Source of the DNA: Actinomycetota bacterium
Lineage (GTDB): Bacteria; Actinomycetota; UBA4738; HRBIN12
Assembly: GCA_035249905.1 (NCBI GenBank)
Contig: DATFFT010000003.1
Coordinates: 2,756 to 66,755, forward strand
Reading direction: 5' to 3'
DNA length: 64,000 nt
This document shows, piece after piece, positions 8,849-17,154 of the stretch (the stretch's first letter is position 1; each line of letters opens with the position of its first letter). Below the pieces are notes generated by a model, which was given only the letters and a program-made list of their open reading frames with translations, ran no database searches and had not been told where the DNA came from. The position numbers and the translations under genes are program-made.

Positions 8849-8940
8849 CGAACTCCCTCCGCCGGCATTACCCGGTTCAGGTTCGTCGGGTCGCCGACGT
8901 CGCAGCCGGCCTCTCAGCCCGGTTCCCCGAGCTCCCCGTG
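8849..8940 (-). promoter_or_regulatory. TPP (THI-box) riboswitch
   Basis: Reverse strand reads CACGGGGAGCUCGGGGAACCGGGCUGAGAGGCCGGCUGCGACGUCGGCGACCCGACGAACCUGAACCGGGUAAUGCCGGCGGAGGGAG. The conserved blocks GGGGNGC, CUGAGA, ACCC, ACCUGA, UAAUGCCNGCG and AGGGA are in the same order as in the E. coli thiM leader. It sits directly 5' of thiN. Confidence 0.9.
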
Positions 8941-8941
8941 T

Positions 8942-9430
8942 TCACACACGAGTATAGGTGTCGGTCGCACCGAACGCTCGGGTCCGCGCCGGCCCGGCCG
9001 CGATCAGATATCCGCGGAACCCGCGCATCGAGCGATCCATCAGCGCGAGGAGCACCGGCCGGTAGATCGCGGCGGCGAGCTCCCCCAGGACCGGCATGTC
9101 GAGCCGAACCTGCTCGCGCCACGTGAACCGGGTGCAGCCATCGACGGGCTCGAGCATCCAGGTGCCGACGCCGGCCACGAGCGAGCCGTGGCCGATCTCG
9201 AGCCGGCGCGGCGGATCCCACGCGAGGACCTCCATCGGCTCGGTGAAGGCCGCGATGCCGAACAGCCGCGTGCGTACCGACAGCCGAACCCCCACGCCTT
9301 CCCGATGCTCGCTCACGACCGATACGCTGTCGGCGTCGGCCATCCAGCCGGCCTGGCGCTCCCAGTCGAGCAGCACCGTCCAGGCCTCCTCGAGCGGCGC
9401 CGGCACCACGATCTGGCGTTCGACGAGCAC
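8942..9430 (-). CDS. SRPBCC (polyketide cyclase/dehydrase-like) family protein
   Basis: ORF 8942..9430. MLVERQIVVPAPLEEAWTVLLDWERQAGWM is a typical SRPBCC N-terminus. Confidence 0.7.
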   Translation of the reverse strand: MLVERQIVVPAPLEEAWTVLLDWERQAGWMADADSVSVVSEHREGVGVRLSVRTRLFGIAAFTEPMEVLAWDPPRRLEIGHGSLVAGVGTWMLEPVDGCTRFTWREQVRLDMPVLGELAAAIYRPVLLALMDRSMRGFRGYLIAAGPARTRAFGATDTYTRV

Positions 9431-9479
9431 GGCGTCATCCTAGGCCGGACGGCGGGACCGTCGCCGTAAGCTGCGGCCC

Positions 9480-10709
9480 GTGGCACGAGGTGGGGTGGTG
9501 GCGGCGGCGTTGGCGACGGCGCAGGGCGACGAGCCGACCGGCGAGGCCTCCGAGGCGGTCGAGGGCGGGGTCGGCGTCGCCTGGGACGACGACGGATCGA
9601 TCGCCTACGTCGGGGCCGCCGACGGCCTCCCCTGGGAGCCCACGCTCGGCGCGCACGACCGTGGGTGCCTCGTGCCGGGCTTCGTGGACCAGCACACGCA
9701 CCTACCGTTCGTGGGGTGGCGGGCCGACGAGTTCGAGGCGCGTCTGCGAGGCCTCTCCTACCGGGAGCTGCACGGAGGCGACGGAGGCATCTTCCGGTCG
9801 GCCCGGATGTTCGCCGAGGCCACCGACGACGAGGTGATGACCTTCTCCCACGCGCTGCTCGACGAGATGCTCGCCCACGGCACGACCGCACTCGAGCTGA
9901 AGACCGGATACGGGCTCTCGGTCGACCAGGAGCTGCGGGCAGCGGGGCTCGCGCGCCGACTCGCAGAGGAAGCCTCGCAGACCTGCACCGTGACGCTCCT
10001 GGCCGCCCACGCCGTTCCGCAGGAGATGGATCGTGCCGGCTGGGTGCGAGTGGCGAGCGACGAGTTGATCCCTGAGGCGGCACGGCGAGGGCTCGCCGAC
10101 GCGGTCGACGTCTACGTCGAGGACTTCGCGTTCTCCCTCGACGACCTCGAGGCGATCGCCGGGTCGGCACATGCCGCGGGACTCGCCCTGCGCGTGCACG
10201 CCGATCAGCTCGGCGACTCCGGCGCGGCGGCCGCGGCCGCACGTCTCGGCGCGAGGAGCGCCGATCACCTGAACCACTGCTCGCCCGCGAGCGTCGCCGC
10301 GCTCTCCGCGGGCGACACCGTCGCCGGGCTGCTCCCGGCGTCGACGTTCTTCCTGCGGGGCACGCCCGCCCCGGCGCGAGCGCTGCGCGAGGCCGGCGTG
10401 CCGATCGCCCTCGCGACCGACGCGAACCCTGGCACCTCACCTGTGGTCTCGATGCCGGAGGTGATCGCGATGGCCGCCGCGGTCTACGAGGTGCCCCCGC
10501 TGGACGCGCTCACGGCCGCCACCCTGACCCCGGCGTGGGTGCTCGGCCTCTCCGGCACGCTCGGCACGCTCGAGGCGGGCAAACGCGCCGATCTCGTGCT
10601 CCTCGAGCACCGGTCGTTCGCCCAGGTGCCGTACCGGCCGGGGCACGATCCGGTCGTCGCGACGATCGTCGCGGGCGAGGTCGTCCGCGACCGGGGCAGA
10701 ACGGGCTAG
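9480..10709 (+). CDS. hutI: imidazolonepropionase
   Basis: GFVDQHTHLPFVGWRADEFEARLRGLSYRELHGGDGGI and the amidohydrolase His/Asp pattern (HADQL, ATDANPG). GTG start. Confidence 0.9.
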   Translation: MARGGVVAAALATAQGDEPTGEASEAVEGGVGVAWDDDGSIAYVGAADGLPWEPTLGAHDRGCLVPGFVDQHTHLPFVGWRADEFEARLRGLSYRELHGGDGGIFRSARMFAEATDDEVMTFSHALLDEMLAHGTTALELKTGYGLSVDQELRAAGLARRLAEEASQTCTVTLLAAHAVPQEMDRAGWVRVASDELIPEAARRGLADAVDVYVEDFAFSLDDLEAIAGSAHAAGLALRVHADQLGDSGAAAAAARLGARSADHLNHCSPASVAALSAGDTVAGLLPASTFFLRGTPAPARALREAGVPIALATDANPGTSPVVSMPEVIAMAAAVYEVPPLDALTAATLTPAWVLGLSGTLGTLEAGKRADLVLLEHRSFAQVPYRPGHDPVVATIVAGEVVRDRGRTG

Positions 10710-12241
10710 TCGAGCGATCCGATCTCTGCTTCGGCGGCGGCGACCAACCCTCCCTCGTGCACCAGGCTCACCGCATCGGCGATGTCGGGCCCGAACTCGC
10801 GATCGGCCTCGAAGAAGGGCACGGTCGCTCTGATCGCGCGGTGCACGGCGCGTGTGGCGCGGCCCGGCTCGAGCGGCGCCCGCAGGTCCAGCGCCTGGGC
10901 GGCGCCGAGGGCCTCGAGCGCGACCACCGTCTCGGCGTTGGCCACCACCTCGCGGGCGTGCCGAGCCGCGGTCATGCCCATGCTCACGTGGTCCTCCTGC
11001 CCGGCGCTCGAGGGGATCGAGTCGACCGAGGCCGGATGCGCGAGGACCTTGCACTCGCTCACCAGCGACGCGGCCGTGTACTGCACGAGCATGAAGCCCG
11101 AGTTCAGCCCGGACCCGTGCACCAGGAACGGCGGCAGGCCGTTGGACTGGTGCTCGTCGAGCAGGCGGTAGAGGCGTCGCTCCGCGATCGAGGCGAGCGA
11201 GACGATCGCCGTCGCGACGGTGTCGAGCGCGACGGCGACGGGCTGTCCGTGGAAGTTCCCGCCCGAGACCACCTCGCCCGCATCGTCGTCGGGCAGCACG
11301 ATGGGGTTGTCGCTCACGCTGTTCGCCTCGATCGCCAGGACCCCGGCTGCGTAGCCGAGGGCGTCGCGCGAGGCGCCGTGTACCTGTGGGGCGCATCGCA
11401 GGGAGTAGGCGTCCTGCACCAGGTGCGGTGAGTCCCGATGCGAGGCGAGGATCGGAGATCCGGCGAGCAGCCGGCGCAGGTTCGAGGCGCTCGCCGACTG
11501 GCCTGGGTGGGGCCGGAGCGCCTGCAGCCGCTCGTCGAACGGGCGATCGGTGCCGAACGAGGCCTCGATCGTCATCGCGGCGACGACGTCGGCCGTGCGT
11601 GTCAGCGTCGTGGCGCGTGCGAGGGCGAGGATGCCGATCGCCAGCATGCCCTGGGTGCCGTTGACGAGCGCGAGGCCCTCCTTGGCCTCGAGCGCGATTG
11701 GCTCCAGCCCTGCCCGAGCCATCGCCCCGGCGGCCGGCTCGACCCCGCCTTCGGGCGTGAGCACCCCGCCGTGGCCGATCAGCGGAAGGGCGAGGTTCGC
11801 GAGCGGGGCGAGGTCGCCCGACGCGCCGAGCGAACCCTGCTGGGGCACGGCGGGGATCACGTCCTCGTTCAGCATCGAGATCATCAGGTCGATCAGCACG
11901 GGCCGCACCCCCGAGTGCCCCAGCGCGAGCACGTGGGCGCGCAGCAACAGCATCGCGCGTGCCTCCTCGCGGGTGAGGGGCGGCCCGACCGCCGTCGCGT
12001 GCGATCGCACGATGCCGTGCTGCAGCGTCGAGGCCTCCGAAGGGTCGACCCGGGTGTGCGCGAGCGCCCCGAAGCCGGTGGTGACGCCGTAGATCGTCTC
12101 GCCGCTCGCAACCTCGCGGTCGATCACCGCTCGCCCGGCCTCGACGCGGGACCGGGCCTCGCTCCCGAACGAGACGGGCGCGCCGTCGGCCACCGCGACG
12201 ACGTCGTCCAGGCCGAGCGGGCCGCCCACCTCGACGTTCAT
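10706..12241 (-). CDS. hutH: histidine ammonia-lyase
   Basis: MIO-forming GSLGASGDLAPLA motif. 511 aa. ATGA overlap with the upstream gene. Confidence 0.95.
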   Translation of the reverse strand: MNVEVGGPLGLDDVVAVADGAPVSFGSEARSRVEAGRAVIDREVASGETIYGVTTGFGALAHTRVDPSEASTLQHGIVRSHATAVGPPLTREEARAMLLLRAHVLALGHSGVRPVLIDLMISMLNEDVIPAVPQQGSLGASGDLAPLANLALPLIGHGGVLTPEGGVEPAAGAMARAGLEPIALEAKEGLALVNGTQGMLAIGILALARATTLTRTADVVAAMTIEASFGTDRPFDERLQALRPHPGQSASASNLRRLLAGSPILASHRDSPHLVQDAYSLRCAPQVHGASRDALGYAAGVLAIEANSVSDNPIVLPDDDAGEVVSGGNFHGQPVAVALDTVATAIVSLASIAERRLYRLLDEHQSNGLPPFLVHGSGLNSGFMLVQYTAASLVSECKVLAHPASVDSIPSSAGQEDHVSMGMTAARHAREVVANAETVVALEALGAAQALDLRAPLEPGRATRAVHRAIRATVPFFEADREFGPDIADAVSLVHEGGLVAAAEAEIGSLD

Positions 12242-12948
12242 CCGCGAGCCGCTTCCAGCAGCCGGACCTCGAACGGCTCCTCGACGACGTCGCCGCGCTC
12301 ACCGGGCGCGACGCGACGAGCACCGGCATCCTCGGCGGAGACGAGCACCTCGCCGACCTCGTCGCCCACGAGGTGCACGGCCGCGAGGTCGTCGCACGCG
12401 ATGCCCGGCGGGAGCACGCCTTCGCCCACGAGCCGGTGGAACTCGGGCCGCCGAGCAGGCTCCGAATCGAAATGCGGGCAGAAGCTCCCCGGCACGAGGC
12501 CGAGCCCGTCGGTCAACGGGTCGGCTCGCCCGATCAGGAACGAGTCGGTCGTCGAGGCCTCGAACCAGCAGTTCGCTCCGGCGCTGCCGCCCGCGAGGAC
12601 CACGCCGGCGTCCCAGGCCTCGCGGAGGATCTCGTCAAGGCCGTGAGCTCGCCACACCGCGAGCATGTTCACCGTGTTCCCCCCGCCCACGAGCACGACG
12701 TCGTGGGACATCACCACCGATCGCAGATCGCGCTCGGTGCGTTCGAACAGCGTGAGCACCGCCGGCTCCCACGGCCCCGCCGGGAAGGCTCGGAAGAACG
12801 CCGCCACGCTGCGATCGTTGTCGCCGGTCGCCGTCGGCACCGACAGCACCTTGGGCCGGGCGGCGCCGGTGAGCTCGAAGATGTATCGATAGATCGGGTC
12901 GTCGGGCCACTGGCCGCCACCCATCGCCACGATGTGCCGCCCGCTCAC
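12238..12948 (-). CDS. peptidase S51 (dipeptidase E / cyanophycinase-like) family protein
   Basis: [24 protein letters not shown], nucleophile-type [11 protein letters not shown], and CPHFDSE (His). There are 4-nt overlaps with hutU (GTGA) and hutH (ATGA). Confidence 0.8.
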   Translation of the reverse strand: MSGRHIVAMGGGQWPDDPIYRYIFELTGAARPKVLSVPTATGDNDRSVAAFFRAFPAGPWEPAVLTLFERTERDLRSVVMSHDVVLVGGGNTVNMLAVWRAHGLDEILREAWDAGVVLAGGSAGANCWFEASTTDSFLIGRADPLTDGLGLVPGSFCPHFDSEPARRPEFHRLVGEGVLPPGIACDDLAAVHLVGDEVGEVLVSAEDAGARRVAPGERGDVVEEPFEVRLLEAARG

Positions 12949-14609
12949 TCGGCCTCCTGCATCGGGATGCGGACGCCGCGCTGCTGCGCGACCTCGATCG
13001 CAGGGTCGTAGCCGGCGTCGACATGGCGCACGACGCCCATACCGGGGTCCGTGGTGAGCACCCGACGAAGACGTTCGGCGGCGTTGTCGGTGCCGTCGGC
13101 CACCACGACCATGCCGGCGTGGATCGAGGAGCCGATGCCGACACCGCCGCCGTGGTGAACGCTCACCCAGTGGGCTCCCGCTGCGGTGTTCACGAGCGCG
13201 TTGAGGATCGGCCAGTCGGCGATCGCGTCGGACCCGTCGAGCATCGCCTCCGTCTCACGGTACGGGCTCGCCACGCTGCCGGCGTCGAGGTGATCGCGGC
13301 CGATCACGATGGGAGCGCCGACCGCGCCGCTCGCCACGAGCTCGTTGAACCGGTCGCCGGCCAGGTCGCGCTCGCCGTACCCGAGCCAGCAGATCCGCGC
13401 CGGCAATCCCTGATAGGCGACCCGCTCGGAAGCCAGGCGAAGCCAGCGCTGCAGCCGTTCGTCGTCGGGGAAGAGAGAGGCCACGGCCTCGTCGGTCACG
13501 GCGATGTCCGCCGGGTCGCCGGAGAGCGCCGCCCAGCGGAAGGGGCCCTTCCCCTCGCAGAACAGCGGCCTGACGAACGCGGGGACGAACCCCGGATAGC
13601 TGAATGCCTCGCCGTGGGGAAGGCCGCCCGCCTCCGCGCCCGCACGCAGGTTGTTGCCGTAGTCGAACGCCACCGCCCCTCGGGAGGCGAAGCCGACGAT
13701 CGCCCGGACGTGGGCGGCCATCGACTCCTCGGCCCGGCGCACATAGCCGGACGGGTTCGCCTCGCGGAGCTCCGTGGCATCGGCGAGCGAGACCCCTGCG
13801 GGCACGTACCCGCCGAGCGGGTCGTGCGCGCTCGTCTGGTCGGTGACGACGTCGGGTTGCCATCCTCGCGCGAGCAGCCCCGGCAGCACCTCGGCGCAGT
13901 TGCCCTCCAGACCGATCGAGACGGCCCGACGCGCAGCCTTCGCCTCGTCGACCCAGCGCAGGGCCTCGTCGAGGTCGGCCGTCTCCCGGTCCAGGTACCC
14001 CGTCTTCACGCGGCGCTCGATACGTGACGGGTCGACCTCGACGCACAGCGCGACGCCGTCGTTCATCGTCACCGCGAGCGGCTGCGCGCCCCCCATGCCG
14101 CCGAGGCCGCCCGTGAGCGTCACCGTGCCGGCGAGCGAGCCTCCGAAGTGCTGGTGCGCACACTCGGCGAGGGTCTCGTAGGTGCCTTGCAGGATGCCCT
14201 GGGTCCCGATGTAGATCCACGACCCGGCCGTCATCTGGCCATACATCGTCAGCCCCTGAGCCTCGAGCGCCCGGAAGGTCTCCCAATCCGCCCATCGAGG
14301 CACGAGCATCGAGTTCGAGATCAGCACCCGGGGCGCCATGTCGTGGGTGCGGAAGACCGCGACCGGCTTCCCGGACTGCACGAGCAGCGTCTCGTCGTCG
14401 GCCAGCGTCCGGAGGGAGCGCACGATCGCGTCGAAGGCTTCCCAGCTGCGGGCGGCGCGGCCGGTGCCTCCGTAGACGACGAGGTCCTCCGGCCGTTCGG
14501 CGACATCGGGATCGAGGTTGTTCATCAGCATGCGCATCGCGGCTTCCTGCGGCCACGAGCGACATGAGAGCGACGAACCTCGCGGCGCGCGGATCTCTCG
14601 CACGGTCAT
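12945..14609 (-). CDS. hutU: urocanate hydratase
   Basis: 554 aa. [50 protein letters not shown] is a canonical HutU N-terminus. Confidence 0.95.
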   Translation of the reverse strand: MTVREIRAPRGSSLSCRSWPQEAAMRMLMNNLDPDVAERPEDLVVYGGTGRAARSWEAFDAIVRSLRTLADDETLLVQSGKPVAVFRTHDMAPRVLISNSMLVPRWADWETFRALEAQGLTMYGQMTAGSWIYIGTQGILQGTYETLAECAHQHFGGSLAGTVTLTGGLGGMGGAQPLAVTMNDGVALCVEVDPSRIERRVKTGYLDRETADLDEALRWVDEAKAARRAVSIGLEGNCAEVLPGLLARGWQPDVVTDQTSAHDPLGGYVPAGVSLADATELREANPSGYVRRAEESMAAHVRAIVGFASRGAVAFDYGNNLRAGAEAGGLPHGEAFSYPGFVPAFVRPLFCEGKGPFRWAALSGDPADIAVTDEAVASLFPDDERLQRWLRLASERVAYQGLPARICWLGYGERDLAGDRFNELVASGAVGAPIVIGRDHLDAGSVASPYRETEAMLDGSDAIADWPILNALVNTAAGAHWVSVHHGGGVGIGSSIHAGMVVVADGTDNAAERLRRVLTTDPGMGVVRHVDAGYDPAIEVAQQRGVRIPMQEAE

Positions 14610-14761
14610 CCGATGTCCACCTCCGGAGACGGCGCGGCGTCGGCCCCGCGTCTCGGCGCGATGCTACTGCGACCGATGGGGCCTCGCGCGGCGGTGGAGG
14701 CGTCCGCGTCCCGCATGCCGGATGCTTGAGCAGCCCGACCTTGCCGGGTAGCGTCCCTCCG

Positions 14762-15970
14762 ATGGCCGTCGGCACTTCCCCCTACGCAACCGATGGCGCG
14801 GACAGGCTCTCGACCGGGCCGATCCGCGTCCTGATCGCCGATGACGAGCCCGCGCTGCGCGTTGCCCTCGCCGACCTGCTCTCGCAGGAGAACGACATGG
14901 TGCTGATCGGCTCGGCGGGCGACGCCGACGAGGCGATCGCGATCGCGGGGGATCGTCGCCCCGACGTCGCCCTGGTCGACGTCTCGATGCCCGCGGGGGG
15001 TGGCGCTCGGGCGGCGCGGGAGATCTCCCGCTGCTCCCCCGCCACCCGGGTGATTGCGCTCTCGGCGTTCGAGGACCGCCCGACGGTGCTCGAGATGCTG
15101 CGAGCGGGCGCGGTCGGCTACCTCGTGAAGGGCACGGCCGGGGAGGAGATCGTCGGCTCGATCCAGAGGGTGATGGCCGGCGGGGCGAGCCTCTCGTCGG
15201 GGGTCATCGCCGGCATCGTCTCAGAGCTGACGAGCCAGCTCCGCCGTGACGACGAGGTCCGGGAGCGTCTCGACGCCCGCCGCTCGACGATCCAGCGGCT
15301 CGTGGCCGGTGAAGGGGTGTCGGTGGTCTTCCAGCCGATCGTCGACCTCGCCAGCGAGGCGACCGTTGGGTTCGAAGCGTTGGCGCGGTTCGACACGCCG
15401 TCGCCACCGAAGCCGCCGGACGAGTGGTTCGCCGAGGCGGTCGCGCTCGCGCTCGGCGTGCAGCTCGAGCTGACCACGACCCGGCGGGCGCTGCGCGCAC
15501 TGCCGAGGATCGATCCGAGCGTCTACCTCGCGGTGAACTGCTCGTATCGCGCGGCGGTGTCGACCGAGCTGGCGGCGTTGCTCGTACCCCATGCCGAGCG
15601 CCTGGTGCTGGAGATCACCGAGCACGAGGCCGTCGAGGACTACGACCATCTGGTCGACGCGCTCGCATCTCTGCGGGCCAGAGGCGCGAGGGTGGCGATC
15701 GACGACGCGGGCGCCGGGTTCGCGAGCCTGCGCCACACGCTGCGCATCGCGCCCGACATCGTGAAGCTCGATCCGAGCCTCACACGCGACATCGACACCG
15801 ATCGGGCGAAGCGAGCACTCGCCGCGGCGCTCGTTTCGTTCGCCCAGGAGATGCGATCAGCGCTCGTGGCCGAGGGCATCGAGACGGCGCAGGAGCTCGA
15901 GACGCTCCGGAAGCTCGGCGTCGGCTACGGGCAGGGCTTCTTCCTCGCGGCTCCCGGCGAGCTGAGCTGA
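14762..15970 (+). CDS. response regulator with EAL c-di-GMP phosphodiesterase output
   Basis: ORF 14564..15970, ATG at 14762. The REC domain has IRVLIADDEP and DVALVDVSMP. The EAL domain has VFQPIV, GFEALAR, IDDAGAGFASL, VKLD, AEGIET and GYGQGF. Confidence 0.85.
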   Translation: MAVGTSPYATDGADRLSTGPIRVLIADDEPALRVALADLLSQENDMVLIGSAGDADEAIAIAGDRRPDVALVDVSMPAGGGARAAREISRCSPATRVIALSAFEDRPTVLEMLRAGAVGYLVKGTAGEEIVGSIQRVMAGGASLSSGVIAGIVSELTSQLRRDDEVRERLDARRSTIQRLVAGEGVSVVFQPIVDLASEATVGFEALARFDTPSPPKPPDEWFAEAVALALGVQLELTTTRRALRALPRIDPSVYLAVNCSYRAAVSTELAALLVPHAERLVLEITEHEAVEDYDHLVDALASLRARGARVAIDDAGAGFASLRHTLRIAPDIVKLDPSLTRDIDTDRAKRALAAALVSFAQEMRSALVAEGIETAQELETLRKLGVGYGQGFFLAAPGELS

Positions 15971-15974
15971 CCGG

Positions 15975-17036
15975 CTACTCGCCGCTGCGGCGGTCCATCG
16001 CCCACGACGAGGCCTGCGACCCCTTCGTGTACCGCCGCATCTCGGTCGCGAGCGCGACGGCCTCGGCGTAGTGCTGGAAGCTCCGCTTCGCCGTGCTCGC
16101 GATGCCGATCGACAGGGTCACGACGCCGTAACGTTGCAGCTCACCCCGCCGGTTCGTGACCTCGATGAACCCGCGTTCCCGGTCGACCTCGTCGTAGAAG
16201 CCAGGAGCGGCCCCGTCGAAGGCGGCCACCACGGTCTCGGCGACCCGACCGGCCAGTTCCGGCGGCACCACCGCCACGAAGTCGTCGCCCCCGACATGGC
16301 CGACGAACGCCGCGCCGTCGCTGGCATCGCGGGCGACGTCACCGATCAGCGTCGCCGTGGTCCGGATGACCCCGTCGCCACGCTCGAACCCGTAGTGGTC
16401 GTTGTAGGCCTTGAAGTGGTCGATGTCTCCGTACAGGATCGCGAACGGCTCCGCTCGTTCGATCCGTGCATCGATTTCCTCCTCGATCCGAACGTTCCCC
16501 GGAAGGCCGGTGAGCGGCGAACGAGCGCGCGTATCGCGGGAGCGACGGAGCACCCCGCGGATGCGCGCGAGCAACTCCGGCGTGTCGAACGGCTTGACGA
16601 TGTAATCGTCGGCGCCGATCGCGAACCCCTCGAGCTTGTCCGCAGAAAGACCGCGAGCGGTCAGCATGATCACGGAGACGCCCGCCGTGCGTGGGTCCTC
16701 GCGCAGGCGGCGCGTGAGCTCGAACCCATCCATGTTCGGCATCATCACGTCGGCGAGCACGAGGTCCGGGCAGCGCTCGCGCGCGGCGTCGAGCGCGACC
16801 GAGCCGTCGGCCGCCACTCGAACGTCGTAGCCGGCCGCCCGCAGCTCGATCTCGAGCAGCCGTGCGATGAACGGATCGTCGTCGACGACGAGCAGGCTCT
16901 CCCCGACCGCTGGAGCGTCGTCCTCGACGGCCTCGGCCTCGTCGGTCCTGTAGCTCTCGTTCACGTCCCCGTCCTCATCGCCCACCCGCGCTTCCTCGGT
17001 CTCGTGCTCGGCGCGGTCCGGATGGTGAATCGGCAC
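15975..17036 (-). CDS. response regulator with a degenerate GGDEF-type domain (GGDDF)
   Basis: ORF 15975..17396. The REC domain has LLVVDDDP, LVLADVMMPNMDG and IVKPF. The GGDEF-like domain has LTGLPGN, YGDIDHFKAYNDHYGFERGD and GHVGGDDFVAV. The start is approximate (GTG 17036). Confidence 0.8.
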   Translation of the reverse strand: MPIHHPDRAEHETEEARVGDEDGDVNESYRTDEAEAVEDDAPAVGESLLVVDDDPFIARLLEIELRAAGYDVRVAADGSVALDAARERCPDLVLADVMMPNMDGFELTRRLREDPRTAGVSVIMLTARGLSADKLEGFAIGADDYIVKPFDTPELLARIRGVLRRSRDTRARSPLTGLPGNVRIEEEIDARIERAEPFAILYGDIDHFKAYNDHYGFERGDGVIRTTATLIGDVARDASDGAAFVGHVGGDDFVAVVPPELAGRVAETVVAAFDGAAPGFYDEVDRERGFIEVTNRRGELQRYGVVTLSIGIASTAKRSFQHYAEAVALATEMRRYTKGSQASSWAMDRRSGE

Positions 17037-17154
17037 GTCACCCGCCGAGGTGAAGCTCGCCCGGCGAATGGTTTCCGTCAGGCCGAGCTCGGCCGGGCGG
17101 GCGTCGCCCCCACGTGGCACGATAGCGCCACCACGGGCAGAGGGGGTTCGTTCG

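Noticed and set aside
8866-8868. The ATG used by the ORF track as the thiamine pyrophosphokinase start
   Set aside because: It is the AUG of the conserved UAAUGCC block of the TPP riboswitch. The GTG at 8844, downstream of GGAGGGAG, is the more plausible start.
7160-9469. A 769-aa plus-strand ORF antisense to thiB, thiN and the SRPBCC gene. Similar long antisense or out-of-frame ORFs occur at 10437..12329, 13255..14775, 17038..18777, 20029..21780, 25796..27877, 45081..46994 and 47383..50097.
   Set aside because: All have Arg/Gly/Pro/Asp/His-dominated composition and no recognisable motifs. Each lies opposite a gene with strong motif support. Stop-codon scarcity in GC-rich DNA explains them.
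17037-17154. A possible SAM-type riboswitch upstream of the cystathionine beta-synthase gene
   Set aside because: The region has no similarity to the SAM-I or SAM-IV core blocks I can recall. It contains only short generic GC hairpins.
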